Below, one piece after another: positions 47,281 through 56,305 of a stretch of DNA of 64,000 nt. Source of the stretch: a virus. The stretch is from positions 45,718 to 109,717 of the IMG/VR virus record IMGVR_UViG_3300018424_007835. The stretch is one strand, 5' to 3'. The notes below the pieces were generated by a model, which saw only the letters and a program-made list of their open reading frames with translations, ran no database searches and had not been told where the DNA came from. A program made the position numbers and the translations under genes. Positions within the stretch are counted from its first letter, which is position 1. Each line of letters opens with the position of its first letter.

Positions 47281-50200
47281 ATGCCACTTAGAAATTTTAA
47301 TCTTCTTAGTGCTAATCAACGTTCTTTTGGTACCGATGCTGGGTCTGACTTAGGTGGGTGGGCTTTAAGGTCGGGGGCGGCTACTGTTGGGCGGCTTTTG
47401 GATGCGGGTGCGTATAATACGTATATTCCGGGGGATGAGTTCTCGGATGTTTACGTTAATAATTTGTTGTTTGTTCGTCCCACTTCGGCGTCGGCTGATG
47501 TTGTTATTGAATCTCCTTTTTTGACTGTTACGCCGGGTAATGTTTATTTGGTGAGCATGGCTATTGGGTCCCTGCTTCCTAAAACGGCGACTATTCGTAT
47601 GGAATTTTACGGAACGGCTTCTACGCCTGCTGCTTCGGCGGCGGAGGGGAGCGCTGTGGCTTCTGCTGCTATTAGTACTAATAGCATTATTTTACCGTTT
47701 CAGAGGATTTATAATAGTAATGAAACTTTGTCAGATGGTGTTTGGTCCTTAAGTACTGAACCGTTGGCCAAAGTGACAATCACGTTTGAGTCGCCTGCGG
47801 CGTCTGGGGACTTTTTCACTATTTTTGATCCTTTTGTAACAGAGGATGATCTTGCGCTGTCTGGTAATCTTTCTGGTTTAGCGTATTCGGATATGCCTAA
47901 CTTTATGCAGGTGGATGATAAAAATATTAACGATCTGCTCGGGGCTCGGGGGGCACAGGCGCTAAGTTTTCCTTTAAAACGTTTCACAGAGTCGTTGTAT
48001 CGACCTGTGGATTTGGTGGCTGCGGAGGCTTTAGAATTTGAGTACGTTCGACCTATTGCGGGTACTGAAAGTAAGTCTAAGCTTACTGATCCCGACACTG
48101 CCGCTTTGGGGTACCTGCCGTGGCTTGCGAGCGTTACTGGTACAACTCTTTTAACGATTGCTGGTGGAGGTATTTCTCCTTGGGCGGCGCTTGAACAAAA
48201 TGATGAGGACAGAAGTGGAGACCCAGGGGAGTGGGCGGACATAGAGGCAGTTGGCAATTGGAAGGACCTAGAGGGAGTGGGTGATGGGTTTTTTGATAAC
48301 ATTAAAGTCTTCAGGGATTTGATTCGCACAGGGTTCACTGGGATAAACTCGGGGCGCCCTGATACAATTGCGTCGTTTTTACAAACAGTTGTTGGTGCCG
48401 CTGAGTTTACTCCGGTCATAAAAAATAATGATAGAGACAACCCTTTCCTTGTTGAAGTTTTGGTTGACCCCGCAACTGACCTTGGTGGGACTTTCATTAA
48501 AGACTATACAGACTTTGGATTGTCTGCTGGCGCTAATTCATCAACAACTGGTAGTGTTGTGGACTCCGGTCGAGGATCTTTGGACTTCAGTAAGCTGGTC
48601 TATCCGGCGACGCATTCTAATAATGATGCGACTGGTGCGGTTACTTATGGTAGAAGCTTTGTATCTGATGCGGATGGGTTCGCCCGCCATTTACGTCTAG
48701 TCCCTGGTGCTGCTGGGGCAGCGTCGGCGGTGCCAGAATTAGGCGGCGGTATTGCTGACGCACACTACACTGCAGGGGCTGCGTATGTGTACGGTAATAC
48801 CGGCCCAACCAGCTACGGGTCAGTGACGGCATCTGTAACGGCGGTGCCTTTTGGCGGTTCCGGCAATACGCTTTCTTTGGGTGGGGTGCAGACTGAGTAC
48901 GAGCTTATTTTTGTTCTTTCCGACATTACTCTTCCTACTGCGTCCATTGATGCAGCAGGCTCAGGCGGCAACACCCCCGCAGATTGGCTTTACCGAGAAA
49001 AACGTTTGTTAGCGTGTGGTACAGACAGCGGCGGTAACGGCAACGATTGGGCCGTCTACCTTGTTTCAGGGTCTACGGGTGCTGCCGATAACCAAACTAG
49101 ATTGATGCTTATTGACGGATATAACAACGTTGGGGCCACAAACTACGCTGTTTCTGATCCCATTGATTTCGGGGTAATCAGCAGTCGAGGAGATGTCGTT
49201 CTTCGGGTTAAGCGGTCTGCAGTTGAGTCAGCCTCGGCAACAGCTACTTTCTACGCACAGTCGTCTATTTATGATGACTGGGATACTCATCAGGTTGGCG
49301 AGGTTGTGTTCCAGCCAACTTCTGCGGCAGTAGTCGCACCCGACACAAATGGCGCAATTCAAATTCTTGGGGAGTTAAACTCTAACGACAACTGGGCTGA
49401 CGCAGTTCCGGTCTCTTGCAGCGTTAAGCGATTTATGTTTTTCAAGGAGTTAATTAGTTTCGCTGGGGAATCGGCCACCTCTTCGGCTGCGCACGCCTAT
49501 TTTAATGGAGGATCAGCTACTAACTTTGGCGTGTACTCGTATACCCCCACGCTTGATATTGATTTCTCAGGTAGAGGTATTTACGACAGTTCGTTCACGC
49601 TTTCGGATTATGTTGATGGTAGGCGTTCTGGGTTAACGAATACTGTGACCGTAACAGTGAATGAAGCGGCGACGAACGGGTTGGATGTGTTGGCGTTCCG
49701 TAACACTGGGACGGACTACTGGTACTATGGTACTGCTGCACCGTCTATTGCGGGTGACACTTTGACCATTGATGGTCTTTCTAATAGTACGGCGTACAGA
49801 GTTGTGCCGACTATTGTTAACACTGGTACTGGTGCCACGTCCACTTCAGACTTTACTGATTTCACCACAGACGGCAGTGGCGTGCTTACTCTTTCAGCTT
49901 CGGCCGCTTATGTTGGGGTATCAGCCCTTTACGGAGGCATTACAGCTTCAGCTATTGAAGTGCAACCTAGTGGCGGTGGGACAGCTCTTGCCCGTTTCTT
50001 GCCTACAACTATTGCCGCAAGTGCCACAAGCGGGCCGGATAGCATTAACAGCAACAACACATGGACACTGACTCGTGCGTTCCCCGCTTCTTCAATTGCC
50101 TACGCACCAAGCCAGATTATCAACAGAGACTTTTTACATGTGTACGAAGGTGGCCCCACTTTCAACAACTGCCCCAAGATTGAAGTGTACAGTGATTTTT

Positions 50201-50667
50201 CTGTGCTGCTACAGTGTCGGCGTTTCTGGACAGCCTCCACTGGCACGGAATTCGACATTCTCCGCATCGAAACCAACGAAGTGACCCCTAAAGGGTTGCG
50301 CATATTTTATGATGGCCCGGCGATTAAAGCCACATTCTACGACGGCACAAATACCGAAACTGTGTCATGGACCGAATCCCCCGCCTACGGCTCCTGGCAA
50401 TGGTTCGTGGTTCGTAGAGACCCAACTAACGGGTTAAGTCTGGTGCCACCGGGGTCGTACTCTCCTTCAAATCTAGTGTCTGGTTCTGAGATTACGGCAT
50501 CCGCCACAGCCACTTCTCTTTTCAGTTCACCTACTTCTGTGATGAAGTTGGGCGAGGACGACGGTGCCAGCGCATGGAATGCACGGTTTGGTTTGTCAGA
50601 GTTTGTGTACTTTGACAGAAAACTTACAGATGCTGAAATAGAGCTTTTGAGCACGCAAATATCCTAG
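47281..50667 (+). CDS. Baseplate wedge / gpI-like protein with carbohydrate-binding (LamG-like) domains
   Basis: Follows J; DPDTA...YLPWLA; terminal YFDRKLTDAEI. Confidence 0.7.
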   Translation: MPLRNFNLLSANQRSFGTDAGSDLGGWALRSGAATVGRLLDAGAYNTYIPGDEFSDVYVNNLLFVRPTSASADVVIESPFLTVTPGNVYLVSMAIGSLLPKTATIRMEFYGTASTPAASAAEGSAVASAAISTNSIILPFQRIYNSNETLSDGVWSLSTEPLAKVTITFESPAASGDFFTIFDPFVTEDDLALSGNLSGLAYSDMPNFMQVDDKNINDLLGARGAQALSFPLKRFTESLYRPVDLVAAEALEFEYVRPIAGTESKSKLTDPDTAALGYLPWLASVTGTTLLTIAGGGISPWAALEQNDEDRSGDPGEWADIEAVGNWKDLEGVGDGFFDNIKVFRDLIRTGFTGINSGRPDTIASFLQTVVGAAEFTPVIKNNDRDNPFLVEVLVDPATDLGGTFIKDYTDFGLSAGANSSTTGSVVDSGRGSLDFSKLVYPATHSNNDATGAVTYGRSFVSDADGFARHLRLVPGAAGAASAVPELGGGIADAHYTAGAAYVYGNTGPTSYGSVTASVTAVPFGGSGNTLSLGGVQTEYELIFVLSDITLPTASIDAAGSGGNTPADWLYREKRLLACGTDSGGNGNDWAVYLVSGSTGAADNQTRLMLIDGYNNVGATNYAVSDPIDFGVISSRGDVVLRVKRSAVESASATATFYAQSSIYDDWDTHQVGEVVFQPTSAAVVAPDTNGAIQILGELNSNDNWADAVPVSCSVKRFMFFKELISFAGESATSSAAHAYFNGGSATNFGVYSYTPTLDIDFSGRGIYDSSFTLSDYVDGRRSGLTNTVTVTVNEAATNGLDVLAFRNTGTDYWYYGTAAPSIAGDTLTIDGLSNSTAYRVVPTIVNTGTGATSTSDFTDFTTDGSGVLTLSASAAYVGVSALYGGITASAIEVQPSGGGTALARFLPTTIAASATSGPDSINSNNTWTLTRAFPASSIAYAPSQIINRDFLHVYEGGPTFNNCPKIEVYSDFSVLLQCRRFWTASTGTEFDILRIETNEVTPKGLRIFYDGPAIKATFYDGTNTETVSWTESPAYGSWQWFVVRRDPTNGLSLVPPGSYSPSNLVSGSEITASATATSLFSSPTSVMKLGEDDGASAWNARFGLSEFVYFDRKLTDAEIELLSTQIS

Positions 50668-50691
50668 TAGAATAGTCGTTAGGAGGTTATT

Positions 50692-52770
50692 ATGACTGTT
50701 AGCACAACTTCCCGCCTGGGAGTAACAACTTGGGACGCAGGATCCGACCCCTTTACTCGTGCCCAGATGAATGACAGCCACATCAACTTGGAAGCTAGGG
50801 CGGCAGGTTTTAATCAAGACGCCACCCGTCCATCTGCTGGTGCTGGTTTCACTGGGTTTTTCCATTTCAATAATGGGATTCTTACGTATTGTGATGGTGT
50901 CAACTGGTATGACCTCGTTGCAGTTGGCTCGACCGTTGTTGATCTTACCGCTTCGGCTGGAACCGTTGGCGTAAGTTCTGATTTCGCCCGTTCTGACCAT
51001 CGCCACGGTATCGCTACTGATGCGATTGCCGAAAATATGATTCAAAATAACGCTGTTACCCGTGATAAGATTAGTAATAATAGTGTTGATCTTACTAAGC
51101 TTGTGGATTCGGCTAGCGGTTATGCTGTTTTGGGTAAGACGGGTTCGGGTTCTGGGGATTTTGCTGAGATTACTGCTGGGGCTAATAGTGTTTTGCGGCG
51201 TTCTGGGTCAGGTGATCTTTCGTTTGGCACGTTGTCGACTGCGCATATTGGGAACGGGCAGATTACTACGGATAAGATCGGCTCCCAGCAGGTGACGATT
51301 GATAAAATGGCAGCTAATTCTGTGGGCACTGACCAGTATGTGGATGCGTCTATTAAGGCTGAACATTTTGCCCCAGGCGCTGTTAGCGGGGCGTCGGTGG
51401 GGGAGGATTCGATTGATTCGATTAATATCCAGACTGGGGCTATTGATACTCGCCATATTGCCGACAATCAGGTGACTGTTGGCAAAATTCAACAGGTTGC
51501 GGCTCACAGTATTTTGGCACGAGTTGGTACTTCTACAGGTAACCTTTCAGCGTTGGTTGCTGGGACTGATAGTGTTTTGCGGCGTGACGGTTCAGGTAAC
51601 CTGGCATTCGGCACAATTGATGGTGGGCATATTGGCATTGACAGTATTGACAGTCAGCATTATGCTGCTGGTTCTATTGATAGGGAGCACTTGGCTCCCG
51701 ACATTATTGATGGCACTAAGATCGCAAATGATGTTATTAACTCTGAACATTATGTTGCAGGGTCTATTGATAGGGAGCACTTGGCTCCCGACATTATTGA
51801 TGGCACTAAGATCGCAAATGATGTTATTAACTCTGAACATTATGTTGCAGGGTCAATTGACGCCGAGCATCTAAGCAACGCTTTATACAGTAGTGGCACA
51901 TGGCAAGGGGCACTGTCTGGTAACGCCGCTACGGCAAGCCGGTGGTCGAACTACCGCACAATCACGTTAGGTGGTGATCTCACTGGTTCTGTGCAGATCA
52001 GGGGCGACGCTAATGTGACCCTGACTGCCACGGTTGCGGCTAATAGTGTAGCCTTGGGCACTGACACCACGGGCAATTATATGGCCGGTGTTTCTGCGGG
52101 TACGGGTGTTTCTGTTAGCCATACCCCGGGGGAGGGGTCCACAGCGACAATTTCTATCGGGCAGTCCGTTGCCACGACCAGCAACGTGACGTTCAATCAG
52201 GTCCAAAGCAACAGATACGATATCGGTTCGCAAGCGACCTCGGAGACGTGGATTACTCGGACCGTCGGTAATGATTTGTCGTTCCGCTTTGAGAGTACCA
52301 ACTTGGCCCAGTGGCATAAAACCGTTGCCACAAATAATAATAGCGTTTTGTCATCCACCGCCCATGCGTTCCAGTTCCACAACCACTTGATTCCCTTCGT
52401 TACCTCAACGTCAGGGACCACCGGTCGGCTCCTTGGGGACAACAACAGGGCTTGGAACCGTCTCGTCTCAAAGAACGGCAGCTACCTGTCCTCTGACGCC
52501 ACATTGAAAGACATTGAGGGCACCGCACCCGGCATGGACTTCGTGCGGATGCTGACCGGGTACGAATGGTCGTGGAAACTTGACGACGGCGTTTCTTTCT
52601 GGGGGCCTACCGCCCAGGACATCCAAGCGGCCGTTGATGCTTCGGGCTCTGACGCTGAGATTGTGACCGGCGAAGAGGGCAACCTAACGGTCCGCATGGA
52701 GTCCCTTTGGGGTCCGGTTATCAATGCTTTGAAAGAGCTAGAAGAGCGTATTGTTGCCCTCGGGGGGTGA
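50692..52770 (+). CDS. Tail fibre with SI...H(L/I) repeats and C-terminal chaperone-like domain
   Basis: FARSDHRH, 10-aa periodic repeats, SD..LK, terminal LKELEERIVAL. Confidence 0.8.
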   Translation: MTVSTTSRLGVTTWDAGSDPFTRAQMNDSHINLEARAAGFNQDATRPSAGAGFTGFFHFNNGILTYCDGVNWYDLVAVGSTVVDLTASAGTVGVSSDFARSDHRHGIATDAIAENMIQNNAVTRDKISNNSVDLTKLVDSASGYAVLGKTGSGSGDFAEITAGANSVLRRSGSGDLSFGTLSTAHIGNGQITTDKIGSQQVTIDKMAANSVGTDQYVDASIKAEHFAPGAVSGASVGEDSIDSINIQTGAIDTRHIADNQVTVGKIQQVAAHSILARVGTSTGNLSALVAGTDSVLRRDGSGNLAFGTIDGGHIGIDSIDSQHYAAGSIDREHLAPDIIDGTKIANDVINSEHYVAGSIDREHLAPDIIDGTKIANDVINSEHYVAGSIDAEHLSNALYSSGTWQGALSGNAATASRWSNYRTITLGGDLTGSVQIRGDANVTLTATVAANSVALGTDTTGNYMAGVSAGTGVSVSHTPGEGSTATISIGQSVATTSNVTFNQVQSNRYDIGSQATSETWITRTVGNDLSFRFESTNLAQWHKTVATNNNSVLSSTAHAFQFHNHLIPFVTSTSGTTGRLLGDNNRAWNRLVSKNGSYLSSDATLKDIEGTAPGMDFVRMLTGYEWSWKLDDGVSFWGPTAQDIQAAVDASGSDAEIVTGEEGNLTVRMESLWGPVINALKELEERIVALGG
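51673..51854 (+). repeat. Perfect 90-bp tandem duplication within the fibre gene
   Basis: 51673-51762 is identical to 51763-51852 (SIDREHLAPDIIDGTKIANDVINSEHYVAG twice). Confidence 0.92.
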
Positions 52771-52787
52771 CCAGACTGGGAGGGGTT

Positions 52788-53093
52788 ATGTGGAGCAACT
52801 TCATTGGCATGACCCTACCCGGCCTAGTCGGGTCCACAGTCACTATCCTAGCAATCGTCCTATCCACCCGGCTCCGACACAAAAAACTCGACCTAGAAAT
52901 AGATGCCGCACAAGATAGCGTTTGGTTAGACCTAGTCAAACAAAGTCGGGTAGAATATGCACTACAGAGGAAAGAAAACAACAGACTGCGATACATAATA
53001 CACCACCTACAAGAGGAGGTAAGCGACCTAGAAAAAAAGAACGCAGAACTGTTAAGACAAATAACTTCCCTAAAACATAACAACCCAGACTAG
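52788..53093 (+). CDS. Membrane-anchored coiled-coil protein (possible lysis accessory)
   Basis: GGAGG RBS; N-terminal TM followed by coiled coil. Confidence 0.65.
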   Translation: MWSNFIGMTLPGLVGSTVTILAIVLSTRLRHKKLDLEIDAAQDSVWLDLVKQSRVEYALQRKENNRLRYIIHHLQEEVSDLEKKNAELLRQITSLKHNNPD

Positions 53094-53101
53094 GAGACAC
53101 A

Positions 53102-53410
53102 ATGACCGATCCCGTACCCTTCAGCGAACGAGACGACGACGACTCAATAGATGACCTCCTAGCAATGATAAACGATGCCATCGTCACAACCGACAGCCCC
53201 GAAGAAATGATCCAAGAAGTCATCGGAGATGTCCTCCAAAACCACGAAGCCGCCGGGGTGCTCGGTAACTTTGTGTTTATTGGAGAAGTCGTGGGGAACG
53301 ACGGCGAGGTTCGTTTGATGGTCGCCACGTCTGAAAATTTGCCTGATTGGATTGCTAGGGGCATGCTGATGACTGCTGAAGAGTTTATTATGGGCGGAAT
53401 GTTGGAATGA
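53102..53410 (+). CDS. Acidic hypothetical protein
   Basis: AGGAG RBS; ends PDWIARGML. Confidence 0.7.
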   Translation: MTDPVPFSERDDDDSIDDLLAMINDAIVTTDSPEEMIQEVIGDVLQNHEAAGVLGNFVFIGEVVGNDGEVRLMVATSENLPDWIARGMLMTAEEFIMGGMLE

Positions 53411-53748
53411 CCGCTGGACGGTACGACATTTTGTGTGTGGCCGACGAAGATTTAGAAGTCGAGTGGACTGTTTACAATCCTGATGGTGAGCTTGCCAATC
53501 TAAACTTGTGGCAGTCACGTATGCAGGTTCGGGAGACAGTTGCCGCAGAAACCGTAACATTAGACTGCTCTACCACCAATGGTAGAATCGTGCATAGTGT
53601 GGCAGATGGTACAATAACATTAAGCCTGTCTTCTTCCACCATTGCTGAAATAAGCTCGGGCGATTACGTGTACGATTTGGAACTTTACACCACCACGGGG
53701 GCTGATAGGGTGTTGCGTTTGGTGGAGGGATTTTTTAAGGTGAGCTAA
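53407..53748 (+). CDS. Baseplate/fibre-attachment beta-sandwich protein, paralog of 44401
   Basis: AGRYD, MQVR, NGRI, YVYDLE, RLVEG. Confidence 0.7.
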   Translation: MTAGRYDILCVADEDLEVEWTVYNPDGELANLNLWQSRMQVRETVAAETVTLDCSTTNGRIVHSVADGTITLSLSSSTIAEISSGDYVYDLELYTTTGADRVLRLVEGFFKVS

Positions 53749-53749
53749 A

Positions 53750-54286
53750 ATGTCTGATTACACCGTCACCATTCAGGATGTTGTTAATGCTATCACCGTA
53801 ACCGAGTTTGACGGCAATCATGTGGCTGAAGGATCTGTTTCCGAGTATACGGTCACCGTGGAGGACATTGTTAACGCTATTTCTGTTGCGGAGCAGCAGG
53901 GCAATAAAGTTACGGTTGTTGCTTCCACGTTTATTGGTGATGATGGTACGGCGTCTAAGCTGTTTTATTCGTCGGGTTCCCCTTCTGATTCTGTTGGTGG
54001 TGTGGGGGATTTTTATATTGATGTTTCGATTGGTAAGTTGTGGGGGCCTAAGGGGGCTTCTGGGTGGTCATCTTCTGAGCTTCCTCTTATTCCTAAAAGG
54101 TTTGTGTTTTCGCAGGGGTTGCCGTCTTCTTCTTGGAATGTTGATCATACTTTGGATGGTTTTCCTTCTGTAACTGTTGTGGATTCTGCAGGTACTGTGG
54201 TGATTGGTGATGTAATATATAATAGCAGGAGTAACCTTACTATTAATTTTTCTGCCGCCTTTTCGGGTAAGGCATATTTAACTTAA
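53750..54286 (+). CDS. Minor tail/fibre protein
   Basis: G.P....G..GDFYID....LWGPK; W...H.L...PSVTVVDSAG...F...FSGKAYL. Confidence 0.75.
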   Translation: MSDYTVTIQDVVNAITVTEFDGNHVAEGSVSEYTVTVEDIVNAISVAEQQGNKVTVVASTFIGDDGTASKLFYSSGSPSDSVGGVGDFYIDVSIGKLWGPKGASGWSSSELPLIPKRFVFSQGLPSSSWNVDHTLDGFPSVTVVDSAGTVVIGDVIYNSRSNLTINFSAAFSGKAYLT

Positions 54287-54299
54287 TAAGGAGTAGACA

Positions 54300-56111
54300 G
54301 TGTCTCAGAAATTTTTAACAGCTATAGACCTTAACCAAAACGAGTTGCAGAATGCTGTAATTCAGAATTTGGGCACTCCCCCGGGCAGCCCGGTAAAGGG
54401 TCAGCTTTACTTTGATAGCGATGCCGGTGATAATAAACTGTATGTTTGGGATGGCACTTCCTGGGTTAATCTTCAGGACACTGGTGCGGGCACTCTCACT
54501 ATCTCCGACGGCTCCAATTCCGACGGTCTTACAGTAGGTACTGACACCCTTACGTTTGATAGTGGTACGGGTGTTACTACCGCAGTCACAGACAATCAAG
54601 TCTCTTTTTCTATTGGTCAGGACGTTGGAACTAGCGCTGATGTAACTTTCAATACAGTTACTGCTAGCCTTACTGGTAACGCTGATACCGCCACTGAGGC
54701 AACAAACATTACTGCGGTTGCCAATAACGCTACTGATGAGACTGTTTACCTGACATTTGTTGACGGCGCTACCGGCACTCAAGGCATTGAGACAGACACC
54801 GGACTTACCTACAACCCGTCGACTGGTGTACTCACCACTACTTCCGTTACCGGTGACCTGACCGGCGATGTGACCGGCAACGCCGATACTGCTACGGAGC
54901 TTGCCACGGCCCGCACAATTGCTTTGAGCGGTGACGTTAACGCCACTGGCGTAGGCTTCGATGGTAGTGGCGACATTACGCTCACTACCACAATTGCTAA
55001 CGACAGCGTTGACCTTGGTACGCACACGACAGGCGACTACGTTGAAAGTCTTGTTGCAGGTACTGGCGTTACTCTTAGTAATAACTCAGGCGAGGGGGCT
55101 ACACCTACAGTTGCTATTGGTCAGGCCGTTGGTACGAGTGATAACGTAACATTCAATGATCTTACCGTTGCTGGTAACCTTACTGTTAGCGGCACGACGA
55201 CAACGATTGATACTGCTACGCTTTCTGTTGAAGACCCGCTGATTGTTCTCGCTAGCAACAACAATACTACTGACGCTGTTGACATTGGTTTCTACGGCTT
55301 GTACGATTCAAGCGGTTCTCAAGACCTGTACGCCGGTCTTTTCCGTGACGCTGATGACGGCAAGTTCCGCTTGTTCAAAGATTCTCAGGCTGCTCCGTCG
55401 ACTACGGTCGACACGGGTGCGACTGGCTACGCTGTTGCTACGCTTGTTGCTGCCCTAGAGGGCAATGCTGATACTGCGACGGCCCTTGAAACCGCACGCA
55501 CTATTGGTGGTGTTTCGTTCGATGGTACTGCGAACATTGACCTTCCCGGCGTCAACACGGAAGGCAATCAAGATACTACAGGTAATGCTGCTACTGCGAC
55601 GGCCCTTGAAACCGCACGCACTATCAACGGTGTTTCGTTTGACGGTACGGCCGACATTACGGTTGCTGCGGCTGCTGGAACACTAACTGGTACTGAACTT
55701 AACTCTACTGTTGTAACGTCTTCGCTTACCACGGTAGGAACTATCGATACTGGTACGTGGAACGGTAGCACTATTGCTGTTGCTTATGGTGGTACTGGTG
55801 CCACTACCGCTTCAGCGGCTAGGAATAACTTGGCGGTAGGGGACGGTACTGACATTACGGGCACTACGCTTGCCCGAATTGCCGCTGTAGACTGCGCCGC
55901 CGACTCCAGTGGAGTCAGCACGACAACTGTCACCCATAACTTTGGGACCAAGGACGTTATTGTGCAGGTGTACGATAGCTCCAATGGGGACACAGTTGTT
56001 GGTGACGTGGTTCGGACTTCGGCGGAGGTTGTTACAGTAACCTTGAACGGTACAATTGGGGCGGGGGACTACCGCATCGTTGTGACAGCCGCAGGGGACG
56101 GCACCGCCTAA
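54300..56111 (+). CDS. Tail fibre protein
   Basis: IDLNQNELQNAVIQNL, GNADTAT.L.TARTI repeats, VTHNFGT.DV.VQVYD. Confidence 0.82.
   Translation: MSQKFLTAIDLNQNELQNAVIQNLGTPPGSPVKGQLYFDSDAGDNKLYVWDGTSWVNLQDTGAGTLTISDGSNSDGLTVGTDTLTFDSGTGVTTAVTDNQVSFSIGQDVGTSADVTFNTVTASLTGNADTATEATNITAVANNATDETVYLTFVDGATGTQGIETDTGLTYNPSTGVLTTTSVTGDLTGDVTGNADTATELATARTIALSGDVNATGVGFDGSGDITLTTTIANDSVDLGTHTTGDYVESLVAGTGVTLSNNSGEGATPTVAIGQAVGTSDNVTFNDLTVAGNLTVSGTTTTIDTATLSVEDPLIVLASNNNTTDAVDIGFYGLYDSSGSQDLYAGLFRDADDGKFRLFKDSQAAPSTTVDTGATGYAVATLVAALEGNADTATALETARTIGGVSFDGTANIDLPGVNTEGNQDTTGNAATATALETARTINGVSFDGTADITVAAAAGTLTGTELNSTVVTSSLTTVGTIDTGTWNGSTIAVAYGGTGATTASAARNNLAVGDGTDITGTTLARIAAVDCAADSSGVSTTTVTHNFGTKDVIVQVYDSSNGDTVVGDVVRTSAEVVTVTLNGTIGAGDYRIVVTAAGDGTA
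55464..55660 (+). repeat. Imperfect 120-bp-period repeat (GNA.TATALETARTI.GVSFDGTA.I)
   Basis: ACTGCGACGGCCCTTGAAACCGCACGCACTAT at 55473 and 55593. Confidence 0.85.
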
Positions 56112-56119
56112 GTAAAGAT

Positions 56120-56200
56120 GTTACGGTAAACAATCCGTAACGCTACCGGTTCACGATAGTGGGCAAGGTAGTTACGCCGTGCAGGCGAGAAATACCCGAC
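56120..56200. ncRNA. Candidate structured RNA (three consecutive hairpins)
   Basis: GTTACGG/CCGTAAC; GCTACC/GGTAGT with inner GTTCAC/GTGGGC; CGCC/GGCG. Confidence 0.35.
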
Positions 56201-56241
56201 AAGGGGGTGGGGTTTGTTCATAGACAGACCCCACCCCTTTG
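56201..56241 (+). terminator. Terminator hairpin, possibly bidirectional
   Basis: GGGGTGGGGTTTGT...ACAGACCCCACCCC followed by TTT. Confidence 0.8.
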
Positions 56242-56305
56242 TGGTATAATACGGGTACACTTACCTTGAGGGGCAAGTGGGCAGACAAGAAAGCTGGTTG
56301 AGGCC

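Noticed and set aside
56120-56200. Known self-cleaving ribozyme
   Set aside because: No CTGANGA/GAAA hammerhead core or twister, pistol or HDV consensus recognisable; kept only as an unclassified structure.
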